Assembly (NCBI RefSeq): GCF_022539665.2
Contig: NC_081331.1
Coordinates: forward strand, 1,550,001-1,614,000
Source of the DNA: Daphnia carinata
Taxonomy: Eukaryota
Direction of reading: 5' to 3'
DNA length: 64,000 nt
The notes under the pieces are model-generated. The model worked only from the letters and a program-made list of their open reading frames with translations, ran no database searches and was not told the DNA's origin. Of this stretch, positions 1-12,399 are shown piece after piece. The position numbers were made by a program, and so were the translations under genes. Numbering within the stretch: the first letter of the stretch is position 1; each line of letters starts with the position of its first letter.

Positions 1-858
1 CAGGAAAAAGGAGAAGAGATAACATCTCTAAACCTACACCCACCCATACACAGACATATGCGTACACATTGAACATCCAGACGATAATAAAAAACCCTTT
101 CGCTACGTTTCGATGGGAAATCGGATGCACGACGAAACGGACGTATGCTATACATCAAAGGCTGCCTCTAAATTGTTTTTTTTTTTTTTTTTCTTTTTTT
201 GTTCTTTTGTAATTGATAGGAAACACCATGGAATACACGAAAATGCTTTAAAGATGCCAATAAGAAAACGAACAACGCTCTAAAACTTCAATAGCCAAAG
301 AGCAGTTGCAATCAAATAGAACAGTTCAACGTTAACGGAATGTGGCGATCATCTTTGATTTGCTTTTAGACAAAAGCGAAGAAGACCGCTTGTTCCGCAA
401 GTTCGGAATGTTATTGTATGGAACAAACATTGCTCAGGTAATTTCGCCTTTTAAACAAGAACTAAACGCGGTAATGTCGAGTGCGCAAAAAAAAAAAATA
501 ATTAACAAGAATCCCATTCCAATTAAGAAGGACCACATTTTTACAGGACTCGAGGACTACGACATTCAGAATAGGGAAAGAGCTTTCGTTGTGTACAAAA
601 GAAACACATTTGAAAACTTTTGAATACAAGAGTTACTAAATAACACGCTCTCTAACGACAAATTGATTAACTACGTAATGCAAGTGTTGATCTCGCAGCG
701 AAACAAGATAAACGCGACCGGTTTAGCATTTCCCGTATAATCAAATGCGAATAAAATACTGATTGGATTCTTGATTCTGGCATGATAATTGATCGAATAT
801 TCTTGATTTCTTTCGGGTATACCGCCAAGGTCCGTTTCCCTTTGGAACCCTGTGCGTC

Positions 859-3800
859 CTATTCATAGCTTTGAGATTCCTCACGAACAAATTTCAATTT
901 CTTCGAGTTCACTACGGTCTTTGGTCCGGGTGGAGGCGGACGAGGAGCTGGACCGGTCATGCCCATGTGCTTTTTTATGTAACGCGCAACGATCGCCTGC
1001 GGTCGATTTTGCCATTCGTTTAGAACTTCTTTGCTTGAGGCCACCTGATCCAATAAATAATTATAAGGACTCTTCAGAAAAGAGCGTCGTTAACGCGTCA
1101 TCTTACCTGGTCACCATTAAGGCGGTTGAGCAGTGTGACACAGATGACTGCAGCACGGATGCCAGCATGGTGGGTGAGGGCAGCAAAGGCCAAGGACTCC
1201 ATTTCCATATTAAGGACATTATTGCCATGGACCTTGTGCAAAAATTCCAATTTCTCCTTTTCTGTGTAATCACAAAATGCTCCGTCTAAACGTCCCTGTC
1301 CTGCAAAGTAGATTTGATGTTTAATGACCGCTCGATTTAACGTTGCGATTTCAACTGTTAATTTGAACGGAGAGCCGTTTACAAAGTTTGTGTCACTGTT
1401 ACCTTCGTAGAAATCGTAAGTGCACATAGTTCGGCCGACGTGCGTCTCAAACGGATCATCTTGAGTCGACAGAGATTGCAATTCTTCGGCCAGCTCCACG
1501 TCAAGCTTGGATGGTCTTTGAACCAATTTGCCCAAAACTGGCTGCAGTTAGGCATAGATAAATGAGTTTTCAGCTCCAGTTTGAGTAAACAGTGACTGTA
1601 ATTTACCAATTCAAGGTAGGGTCTCATCATGCCGTCGACGGCTTCATCCGTGATGACCAAATGCCCACCATCTAAGCCAATGCCACCACATGTTCCCAAA
1701 CGGAAAAAGACGGGGTCCCTGACACGAGCGTGATACATCAGCTTAATTACTTCATGAAGCAGAATTCCCACTGATGGAATACCCATTCCATGCTATTGGA
1801 TGTAAAGAGGAACAAAGAATAATTAATCTAGGAAAACGAATTGCCCGAAATTGATTAGATTGTCTTACGCTAATTGAAAGGACAGGCCCGACTTTGTACA
1901 TCGAATATCGATATGAATACTGTGAGATGTCCAACAAAGTCGTTCCAGCTGGTAGTTTGTAGCCAATCTCTTCCATAATAAAGTTGGCAAACTGTTCCAT
2001 CCGCTTCGGAGTGCCTCCCATGCAAACAAACTGCAAACAAACGTTGAAAAAAAACACGCAAAAAATGAGAAAAAGATTAAAACCTCGGTAGGGATTCTTC
2101 CCCGGAATTCTCGAACTTTCTAGGGCATCTTTGCCCTGATAACAACATTGCTACAGGATTAAAGTGTATAAGATAAAGAAGACTTGAAAAAAGAGGACTT
2201 ACCTTAACGTCGCCAAACATTTGGTGAAGGTCATGCTGCAATGGTCAACAATAAGAATTAAGTATGGAATGTCTTCGCTTTAATCTGTTACTAAATACTT
2301 ACACTTCCGCTTCCCAGCGCCAAGTGGTAAAGAATATCCTGGTCCATCAGTTCAATGTTGGGATTGCGAAGGCGAACCGCCCCATCCGGGTACCTTAATG
2401 AAAATCATACAAATAAAGTTTAACTCGATGTTTGCTAAATCAGAAAATCCAATTTCAATTGGAACAAAATAGAACTAAACTTGGACATGAAATTAAAAAT
2501 TAACCTAACGTAGCAGCAACTTTTCACTTCGATCGCGACCTTTTCGTTGTCCAGCACTTCGCCTCCTGGTCTTTCGTCTTGACAACGATCGCACGGTACA
2601 GGAAAATCTTCCGAATTGCACGGCATTTCGATTGCCAAATAATTACTTTTTGATTGCAGATCGATCGGTGACTGCTGTCTCGAACAGACTGAGAGGTGGA
2701 GCGCGAGCTGTATTCAATTAAAAAGAGTTCGCTGTCTGAAACGCTACCACGCGATAGAATTCTAGAATTCGATCGCGGAATGCGAAATGATCTGTCCGTC
2801 CGGTGCAGGGGCGAGGCGTAAAGTGACGACCCGGTTGGTTACCAATTGTCGACTATGGCTCGGTTCTCAAGGCGAATTAAAAGAAATTTCAAGGAGAATC
2901 AAGGTCCTTCGATTGTCATTCGAAAAATGTACCGCTAACGTAGAGCATTCTGCGTTGTGTGTTTTGTTTATTTTTTTGCGGTTTTCAACTGGTTCTGTTA
3001 TCGCGGCCATTCACGAATGACGTCAGCCGGAGGTAGGGCCAATTCTCATTGGCGCAGAAAGGGGGCTCGATTGTCTATGAAGTTTCCTTTTATTCCGACC
3101 TCAACAGCGAAGGGGCTGGTCATTTTTAACGCCGCAATCGTTGCCTAATCTGTCATCATCCATTATTTTGGCGAAAACGGGCCAGCGCTTTCGATGCTTG
3201 GCAAAAAGAAAAAAAAAAGAAATGCCGCAATTATGGTTTCACTGCTTCGTTTATTAATTATTCAAAGAATCTAATTCTTATCTTAGCCTGTGGAAGTTGT
3301 AAGACGAGTACAACGCCTTTCCCTCAGGAGGTTGACACGTGTTCCGTTTTCGGTCCCGAGTTCTATTGAATGCCAAAACCCCGTGATCAAGGAAAACAAA
3401 AAGATAAACACGAGTTTTTTGTCGAAGGTCTTTCTGATTAAAAAAAAGAAAATTGGGCTACCTTGCGGAAAAAATGTGATTTTTCATTACTACACTAAAC
3501 AGAAAATGTATAATAAAATTTTTCCAACGTTTTTGCATTTCACTGCGAAGGTGAAATAGAATTGTTTGTTTTTTAACGGAAAAAGTCAGAGCCCGTCGAA
3601 AGGGTTTTCCCTGCGTGATTGCACGAGTGGCTTTACTTTGAACGCAACCCAAGATGTGGTGTAGACAAAAGAGTATTTACCCGTTACGAAACTCAGGATT
3701 TGTAATGTTTTTACTACCATGATTATAACTCCGAACTTTCTAAGAGTTAAAAAAAAGGTAATATAATTGCCAAACCAAATGGTATTGAGGCAATGCGTAC

Positions 3801-5493
3801 GATGTGTAAACTTCACAGGTGCCATAAACGGATTGTGACCACAGGGACGGGACAATCTACGACACCCGAAATTTCGCACTAAAAACACGGAAGGATTTCC
3901 GCATTCAACTAGTTCAAATCTCAAATAAGCCGACAAAAAAGTGTGATTACAATCATGAACCTGCCTCGCGTCTTTGTCTGTATAAGACAATGTGTCCAAG
4001 CTGTGGAAATTCGCAAGAAAAAACCTTGGTTGTTTTTGGATGACCCACTCAAAGTACAAGGACCTACTTTAGGCAGATGAGAAGTAATTGATAAGTGTAG
4101 CGGAAATTCTTTCTTCTCTTTCTTGCAAAGACTGGAGAAGTATATCGATCGCCCTTTCCATTGGTATCTGTTACGAAAAATACTATAATTCTTTTTATCG
4201 CACCAGGATATCCAGTCACGCATAAGAAACAGTTTTCCTCTTTTAAACATTGGCAATCTTTGCGGGATGCTTATCGTCCCAATTGAAACTTAACGGACTG
4301 TAATACATCGGCAGTTGTAATTATCATTTTGCGCAATAGCAGCAAGAATGTATCCCACACTAAGATAAAACTATTTTTTATCTTGACTAGTCCTCGAACT
4401 GGACTATCGACGGTGTACTGACAGTCGCGTACTATAAACTGTCGGATTTGAGAACTTTGCTATTCGAGAACTCATCCCCATTTCAGAGAGATAAAAGGTA
4501 TCTTTTGAAAAAATGGCAAAAGTTGGTCTATTCGTCAATGTACGTTGAAACAAGAGTAAATGAGATATGCCTTCTTGTGAAGCTTATAAATGGCTTTTCA
4601 GTTCTGTTTACTTCTTTCTTTTAAGTTTTTATCGAACACCATTATCAAGTTTCCATAACGTTCGTTGCGTCGGATTGCTCCAATGCCATCTCCCGGGAAG
4701 AACCATTAACCGGAACGTCCTATTGATCGTTGGAATAAGAACTACAACGAGAATAAATGAAAAAGTGAAAACGGAACACTCTCGACATGACGGGTGGGCA
4801 GATTAGCCATCACCGTCAGACCGCGTCGACTTTCCCGTGACACAGTTCCTCAGTTTGATGATGCATAGATGCGGATAAAAGCATGCCTGAATGGTGCTCT
4901 GTTTAAAGACCTAATAGTCCATGGTTGACGAAGACCACCACCGAAAAACCTTCATTTGGTTTCTTGCGCCACGAATAAGGAAAAAGCGATCGGGATGCCG
5001 TATAACATACAAGACGTAAGTTTGATAAACTGTAAAGCGAATTTTCATCTCGTATGGATCTGAAGAACTCATCGAAAAGTGACAAGTGCGGAAAGAACAC
5101 GGATAAAAACGGCTATCCTGCACCATATGTACAGTGTACGGCAACGCCGGATTCCTATTGGAAATCAATATTGCTCTAAGTCCTCACAGGCAAGCCAGCA
5201 GCACGTGAACCCGAAACCCCAACTGAAATTGAAACATGCAACTACTGAGGCAATGATGAAAAAACGACAAAAAATCTAAAAGAAAAATGCCAAAACAAAG
5301 GAAAAACCCTATTTCTTCTGGCACAGTTCCAGTATCGAACATTGTTTCGTACAGAAACCCGAGCGAACTTTCCCATCGCTTCGACGGACGAAGAACTTGA
5401 GCTAACGGTAAAGGGTATTGTTCAAACCTAAATTGATTTTAAAAAATAAAGATTGGTAACAACTTACTCGTCCGATTCATCGTGATAAGACAT
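859..5493 (-). CDS. UPP: Uridine phosphorylase (eukaryotic UPP1/2 type), multi-exon, distal first-exon isoform
   Basis: Exons rebuilt with GT-AG sites in phase: 5493-5468 (MSYHDESDE), 2393-2303, 2235-2203, 2030-1869, 1792-1607, 1541-1403, 1300-1107, 1044-859. Motifs: RLRNPNIELMDQDILYHL, FVCMGGTPKR, SHGMGIPS, RLGTCGG, DFYEGQGRLDGAFC, NMEMES, LLNRLNGDQV. Confidence 0.95.
2505..2626 (-). CDS. UPP: Alternative (proximal) first coding exon of uridine phosphorylase
   Basis: ATG at 2626, open to a GT donor (AG|gttaat) after 2505 in phase 2, the same phase needed by the shared exon at 2393. Encodes MPCNSEDFPVPCDRCQ...KSCCYVR. Inr-like TCAGTC at 2692-2687 on the minus strand. Confidence 0.6.
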
Positions 5494-6358
5494 GGTGCGG
5501 AAACGATGATCACTTGAGAAAAATGGTGAAGGAATACGTTCTCCGAAGTTGTAAACGTGCGGCTGACGGCGGCTCCTTTCCAGACTAAACTCAAAAGAAA
5601 AAGTTTATCCTCGTCTTCTAGATATGCCGGTGGAGAACGGCTGAGCAGCGCAAGCGTGAACGTGATCTAGCTACAATAATACCTGAAAATCGAGATTAAG
5701 ATAGCATTAGAAAAAGGAACGATTTCGTAAGAAGTGGAAGTACGTTACACGAATAAAATAAGGTCGTCGTTTACACATCAGACATCATCAATTGCATAAC
5801 CAGATCGAAACTCCGATTGATAAAAAATATGCAAAGCGAACGAAATGCTTACAGAGGCAGTTACCTAATCCATTTAAAAACATTTTGGGACAGGGTCTAG
5901 ATTCTGGCGATAGTAGGGCTGACTGTGTCTGATCCAAAGTACGACATGAGGCGATCAGACTTGCGTTCTATATCAGCTTATTCTTCTACCTGTTTGCACT
6001 GGCAATTTGCTCTACATTGTAACAGTGACTGTCTACTTTCTTACTCGTAATGAAAGAGAAATCGCCAGACAATGCGGCTTTCTTCAGAAAGAAACTATTG
6101 CTTTTTTGCTTGCATTGAATTCTTGATTTTCAAAAACTGAAACGGAAACGAAGGTTTTATTGTTGCCCGCTATGAAAAAAGCACGTATACATGTTGAAAA
6201 TGAATACGGAAACAGTTGTGCAACAACGGCATTGACTGGCAATTTGAATAAAAAGATCGAAAGTGAAGAATCAGCGTATGGGGAGCATTACATCATATAA
6301 ATAGCGGACTGATAAGCCTATAACTTGAGAGTCACTAGGTATCCCAACGGGCACGAAG

Positions 6359-7206
6359 ATGCACCAAAGGAGAGCGTTTACTTGCTTCGTTTACGTTATT
6401 GGTAGCTGAGTAACTTTTGAACGCAATAAAACATTTTAAATTGCTAACAGATTACTGTTTTTCCGCTAAACAGTTCTTTCCTGCTTAGCCTTGATAGTTT
6501 GCGATGCTGAGGACGATTCGCAACAGGATTTCTCAAGACCACGTCATCGACCTCCACAGATGACTACGACACAAGCGCCTATTCCATCTCAGGGGTCTTT
6601 ACAAGTTCTTGGAATCCCGATTGGGCCAGCCCTGCACCTAGCTGGCGGAATCGTTGCGAACGTTTTGGCTCCCTACAACCAACCAGAGGAGCCACTATGG
6701 AAGCCTCCATTCTCCTGCGTCGGTAGAGTGCCCGGATACTACGCCGACGTCTTCACCAATTGCCGGGTAAATTTAAAAACAAAAAACGGCTAAACGTCAA
6801 AAGTTTTGGCAAAGAAAATTGCAATAATATCTAACACATGTAATTTTTTCTTTCTCCAGAACTACTATACTTGGTAGAGTATTTTCAATTTACAGTCTAG
6901 TGTTCGTTTGGATGTAACAAAAATATATACATACATAATCTAACAATTAAAGCACACCACGCGGACGCCAATACTACTACCACTGCGGGGAACATACGAT
7001 CTTTAACCAGTTGCATTTGACGTGCGATCATAGGTATACACAGTTGGTCTCGTTTTTGCTATTTACAGCCACAATTGCTTTTAATGACAACAGGAGTTAA
7101 AAACTAATGTATATATTTTTCAATAAGGCGCAATTACGATTGTCGACGGGCTCCACAGGACTACAGCGTGAATGAACAATATCGCCCCTTTCGTCAACGC
7201 AATTAA
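6359..7206 (+). CDS. Small secreted chitin-binding type-2 (ChtBD2/peritrophin-A, CBM_14) protein, CPAP1-like
   Basis: Exons 6359-6401, 6474-6766, 6860-6873 (14 nt), 6953-7033, 7128-7206. Hydrophobic signal peptide, then FSCVGRVPGYYADVFTNCRNYYTC...YHCGEHTIFNQLHLTCDH...DC with the six-Cys ChtBD2 spacing. TATAAA at 6296. Confidence 0.85.
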
Positions 7207-7320
7207 AGTATGCATACTAATATGACGAATAGAGATTCGATCGGGTAACCAGACTGTAACTTATTGATTCTTTACTCTTGTACATAAATTTAAACAGATT
7301 AATATAATAGGGACAACTTT

Positions 7321-8497
7321 TCACCTTTTTTGCTGTTGAGATTTAAGTAATGCTTCTACCGGGTGCTTAAACCGTGCAATTCCTTGAAATCCTTTTTGAC
7401 CAATTTTGCTACCGGCAACCTGGCAAGCGAACTCGAGCCCCCTCTTCCAATCCCACAGGTTGACTTGGCTATAGATGAAAGCCGCGTTAAATGTGTCGCC
7501 AGCTCCGAGTGTGTCAACAATCTCAACCGGTGGACACGCACTTTGGCATACCACCGAACCATTCTGTCCAGCAGCCGCTCCCTTTGATCCCCAAGCACAA
7601 ACGACAATCGTTCTACAAAATTAAATGAATTTACGCAGCTGAGAATTCAGATTCTACGAAATGATTTAGGGCGGGTGAGGTGCAAAACAAAATTTACCCT
7701 GGTTTGGTTACATCCAGAAATCCTTTGACTGCTTCTTCCATTGTCCGGAAGCCAGAAAAGTAGGCATATTCCTTAGATACGAAAACCACGTCTGCCAATG
7801 GGAGGAGCTCATCAAGGGCAGGGCGTGCTTTTTCAATTTCGACAGATACTTTTATACATTCTAAACGTTCTCGCACGGTTCTTATCATTTGTTTGATGTT
7901 GGCAATATTGGCACTCCTTCCCTGTTAGAATAGAAAAAAAAAAGACAAAATAAGTAATTTTAATAATAAATAAATATATTTTTAGGCAATGAAACTCAGT
8001 AATGATTTGCTTCACCTCAAAGTGAACCCATGAATAGTTAGTAAGATCAAGATTGCTGAAATGTTGGATATCCAATTCTGGTAAATTCTTTGGATGATGT
8101 AAAATGGTCCGTGTACCATTAATGGTATTAATAATTACAACAGATGTTGGGAATTCACAATCAGGAAAAATAGGGCAATGTTCAATTGTAACAGAGTGCT
8201 TAGAAAAATCTTCACGGATGAAACCAAGTTGCATTGAATTGGTAAGTGTCCCCAAAAACTCTGATTGCATCCCCAACTGAGCCAAAACAGTACTTGAGTT
8301 GGAGGCATTTCCACCTCTTCTGTATGAGAGGTCTGGAATCCTTTTAAAAATAAGCTGAAGTAATTGGTCAACAGGTTAGGTCAAACTTATGGATTATTTT
8401 TTATCTACCTTTGATCACTGTCTTCAACTGGAAACCCTTCAGTTTCAGCAACAACGTCAACACAGACTAGCCCCACACAGAGGATTAGTTTTTTCAT
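7321..8497 (-). CDS. KHK: Ketohexokinase (PfkB/ribokinase family)
   Basis: Exons 8497-8409, 8340-8016, 7921-7698, 7612-7321. Motifs: ILCVGLVCVD, EDSDQR, RRGGNASNS, WVHFEGR, SVEIEK, DVVFVSKE, CAWG, and the PfkB signature VDTLGAGDTFNA. Confidence 0.93.
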
Positions 8498-9016
8498 TAT
8501 TTTTGACTTCTTTGCCTTATGGTGTGAAAAAATATGTGCAGGGAAGAATTAAGGTAACACAGCTGTTTCAAGTGAATGGTAATTTCAAGATTTTCAAGTG
8601 TCAAATCGAACCAAATTTTGAAAATATCGTCTGTTTCAACGTGCCGTAAGAACCTATGATGCCCACAAGATGGCAGCTAAGGAAATCGGTCCGTGGATAG
8701 TATTGTACCACCATAGTGTGTCTTACGTCTTTCAAAATTATTTGTGGTTGATGTGTCTGTTGAACGGCAGCTGTGAACAAACAAACGTTTAACAGGTAAA
8801 GAAACGCTTCTTTATTTATTTGGTAATGATGCTTTATAATGAGCAAATTTAGTGTGATGAGCTTACCATTTACCTTTTAAAACTGATCTTGGATTGATCA
8901 GCCACTCCCTGTTCTCATGCCTATATTGAGATTCTATAAATAAACTACTACCTCACCTTACAAAAGGCGCCTAAGATGTACAATTAAACGTTGTTTTCTT
9001 TTCTGCATTGTTAGAT

Positions 9017-9850
9017 ATGGCCATTCTGAGAAGGTGCTGTTGCTGTTTCACTCTACGAAGGGGGACAGTTACACTTGGTGTCATGGGATTTGTTAGTTCA
9101 TATACTTTTTTAAATGAATGATTCATCCAATGTAACACACCTTCTTTTGATGTTTTCCAGACTGGGGCCATCACAGCCATCATTTTTCTGATTTTAGCAT
9201 TGATCTTTGTTGATGAAATAGCAACTTTTGTCATAAAGTTTATGGAAAAGATCATTGATTTTCCCAGGGCTACCGGAACCAGACATCTCCCTAAAGAAGA
9301 TCAAGATAAAAAAAAAGAAGAACTTCATGAATTCTTAGTCCATGGTATGATTCACCATTATTATATTAAATTAAATGATTGTATAAAATTTCATTAATGA
9401 GGTTTCATTAAAAGCATATAGCACCTATGTGTTTGTACTTGCCATCCTGGGAGAAATTCTTGGTGGAATATTGGCCGGACTGTTAGTTTGGGGAGCCGTG
9501 AAAAAACGCCGCAACTTTCTCCTACCGTGGCTTATTTTTGCTGTAATGGTCATGGTAGGCACTGTCGTCTGTATTATCACCTGTGTCGTCATTCTTCCAG
9601 TGTCCTATGGCATTACCTTTTTAATCATCGGCGTGCTTGAACTACGTGAGTTTTCTTTGCATTACAATTTCATTTTTGCCAAAACTTGGATAAAGAAATA
9701 ATAATGCAAGTTAATTTTTCTCCGTCGCTTTCAGTGGTTATGATCTACTTCTGGTTAGTTGTGTTCAGCTTTTTCCAAGAATTGCGAGAAAGAGATCAGA
9801 TGAACATTAATTCTCCCGCTGAAATGAAACGTCTCACTTCGCATATGTAA
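9017..9850 (+). CDS. Four-transmembrane LAPTM/DUF4728-like membrane protein
   Basis: Exons 9017-9091, 9161-9344, 9415-9645, 9735-9850. N-terminal RRCCCCFTLRRG, LLVWGAVKKRRNFLLPWL and YFWLVVFSFFQELR are typical of this arthropod family. Four hydrophobic segments. Confidence 0.8.
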
Positions 9851-10308
9851 TCCGCCCTCATACGCAAATCGCCTTCCAAACGCCTGAATCATGATTTTTC
9901 CCACTTAAGTGGCAATCCTAATTTAATAATAATGCCAAGTAAAGCATAAAATGTTATACAAACCCGGTTATGTATAGCAATACGCCATATAGCTCTCCTT
10001 GTTAAACAGTGCCTTAATCTGCGTAGTCTAGTCTTGAATCTCCGTAACTCTTGGTGGAGGTAAATATTTTATAGGATATTTAATATTGCAAATCAAATAA
10101 CGTTTCTTAAATTAAGTATTCTCTATTAAATCTCAATTGTGCAGCTTAACACTGATGGCGCTTTTTGAATTTCATAATGATCTGGATAATACATTTTTCA
10201 CATACTACATCTGGAGTGACCGTTTGTCTTTATTCATTTTCCGGGTAAATAGAAATACCTTTTTTAAATAAACCTGCTATATTAAGTTTTTAGATGTTAA
10301 TTAGGATA

Positions 10309-12159
10309 TCAAATCACTGTTCTGTTCAGCATTTGTAGAAAATTGTGCTGTTCGGTGAGCTTTTGCTCGTCCCCCTTGACGTGAAGTTTCCAAAGGGCCA
10401 GTCCGAAATCTTCCATTTGAATGTCGGAACTCTTGAAGCTCTGCTTGCTCACGTCTTTCTGGAATCAGCCAAACCAAAGTTACTGAACGTTATTAAGGTT
10501 TGCAAATTTATTACTTTCGCACTTTATTTACTTCACTAAGTTTTTCTGGCCTCTCTCGGAGTGAAGTCCATAATTTTTCGATTTTTTTTACTCGCGCATC
10601 AACAGCCAAACACTGTGATTGCAAACGACAGAAAGTCTTCGATAGTTCCTTAAAATTTTAAACAAATATTGAAAATCGCTACTGTAATGAACAATTATAA
10701 ATTTTCCTACCGCTGAAAATTCATCTAAGATTCGCTGCTTTTCTTGAATTTTCTTCTGGAAAACCCGCAGTTCCTTCCTATCGCTGTTTAGCTTCTTCTT
10801 TTGCCGCTCGAGCCACTTACACTCTGCTTTCAGCAGATGAAGCGTTTCTTCCTGTTGATGTCCCGTAGCGATGGAACTCTTGACTAGTTTGCTTTCAAAA
10901 TTCAACAGTTTCTCCTGCATTTGTTGCAATAGTTCTCGGCTGCTACTTTCCTCCCCTGCATAATGCTTGCACTGAGACGAATGGGTCGAGATTCTTTTAT
11001 CGAGATTATCTACTGTCTCTCTCATCCACTTGAGATGACTTTCAACAACAGTCTCTGTATCAAGCTTTATTCTCGAGGATTCATTGCGATTTTCACGCAG
11101 CTGGTTTTCAACAAAGTCAAGTCGCACAAGAAGATTTTTATTTTCTTGGCTGGTCAGTTCGATTCTATTCTCTAACGTCAACATTCTTCTTTCAAGTTCC
11201 TCGAATGCCCGGTCAGGAGCCTTACTTGCATAACTCGACCAGTTATGTGTTGCTGTATTAATGGATTTGTGCAGTTCAACAAGACAATTCGTAATATCGC
11301 TAAAGTTATCATTTTTCCCGATGAAAGTTTCTAATCTTTTACAGAAGTTGTTAGAGAAGTTGTCGAGTACATCTTTAATTATTGCTAAATTTTTGTCATC
11401 TAATATTTCTTTTGAAACTGGTTTGTTCTTCGGTAATGGGAAAGTAAAGGGAATGGCATCAGTTATTACTTGATGCTGCTCATTTGGGATCTGCTGAGCC
11501 ATGTTTGTTCCTTTGGAAATTGGTTTAGGAAATAATGTTGGTGGGATAGTTGGATTCGGAAGCTCACTGTGGGATTTTGAACTGCTTTCTGCACCATTTT
11601 TTGATTCTGGAACTAGCACAGGAAATTTTAACTGTAATGTGGAGGTGACTGGTTCTTTTTCCAGGGGAGGAATGCTTAAGGATTCTTTCAGCAATCCACC
11701 AGCAGGCACAAATTGATCTACGGTTACAGACTTTTGTGGTAGGCTAAAATTTGATGGTTGGAAGAAATCTGTTTGTTTTTGCTTAGAAGGGGAATCAGAA
11801 GTGGTTGGTCTGCTCGTGGATCCAGTAAGCTTTGCCACACCACTTGGAACATAGCTGCCAAAGCTGAATTCTTCATTTTGCTTTCCTTGAACTGTTGAAT
11901 TTGCCAGGAAACTGTTGACTGGCGTGGATTTCTCTGCGTCTTTTTCATGATCCTCCAAACTAGATTCTATTGCACCAAAACTGGTAGAACTTGGACCGAA
12001 AAGTTCAGCTAATAACGCAGATTTTTTTTCCTTCCTCGATGACTGGATATTCGGAGTGGAAAACAATTCATCAGCGACGACATTGACGACAGGCTTCTTA
12101 AATTTATTAGCTGACGAGTCTCGTAACAGATCGTCTAACGAGTCATCATCAAAGTCCAT
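10309..12159 (-). CDS. FBF1: Fas-binding factor 1-like (FBF1/twitchy/DYF-19) centriole distal-appendage coiled-coil protein, ~571 aa
   Basis: Exons 12159-10711, 10648-10532, 10458-10309 in phase. N-terminal DDSLDDLL, EEFSFGSYVPS, a long coiled coil, and C-terminal ALWKLHVKGDEQKLTEQHNFLQML resemble recalled FBF1 motifs. An X-box lies just upstream. Confidence 0.7.
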
Positions 12160-12218
12160 GTTTATACCCTTTTTTCAGTTTGTATTTAGTTTTTGTTGTT
12201 TTTAGACTTGACGCATCT

Positions 12219-12231
12219 GCCGCTTGGCAAC
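12219..12231. promoter_or_regulatory. RFX X-box upstream of FBF1-like
   Basis: GCCGCT-T-GGCAAC fits RYYNYY(N1-3)RRNRAC, 60-72 bp upstream of the ATG of a ciliary gene. Confidence 0.55.
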
Positions 12232-12399
12232 CGGCAAAGTTGAGTCTTGTATTGAAAATTTGCTCGCAAGATGACTCTGATGTTTCCCCCTTATAAAAAA
12301 AAAGACTAGTCTCAGCCGTCGCGACGGTGCCTGACGTACGTCTTTTTTGGCTTTTTCTCAACGTAAAAGCATAGGGTTGAATAGGGGTAATATTGCAAA

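Noticed and set aside
852..1289. 145-aa plus-strand ORF
   Set aside because: Antisense to UPP exons, GTG start, no recognisable domain.
1301..1402. In-frame stop-free introns (also 45941-46003, 46139-46201, 52259-52321)
   Set aside because: Short introns near the modal size are often 3n and stop-free by chance; the spliced forms restore conserved motifs.
3586..4256. 157-aa and 111-aa minus-strand ORFs in the UPP intron
   Set aside because: Non-ATG starts, no motif, composition like non-coding DNA.
4856..4890. TGATGA...CTGA resembling C/D snoRNA boxes
   Set aside because: Only ~35 nt apart and antisense to the host intron.
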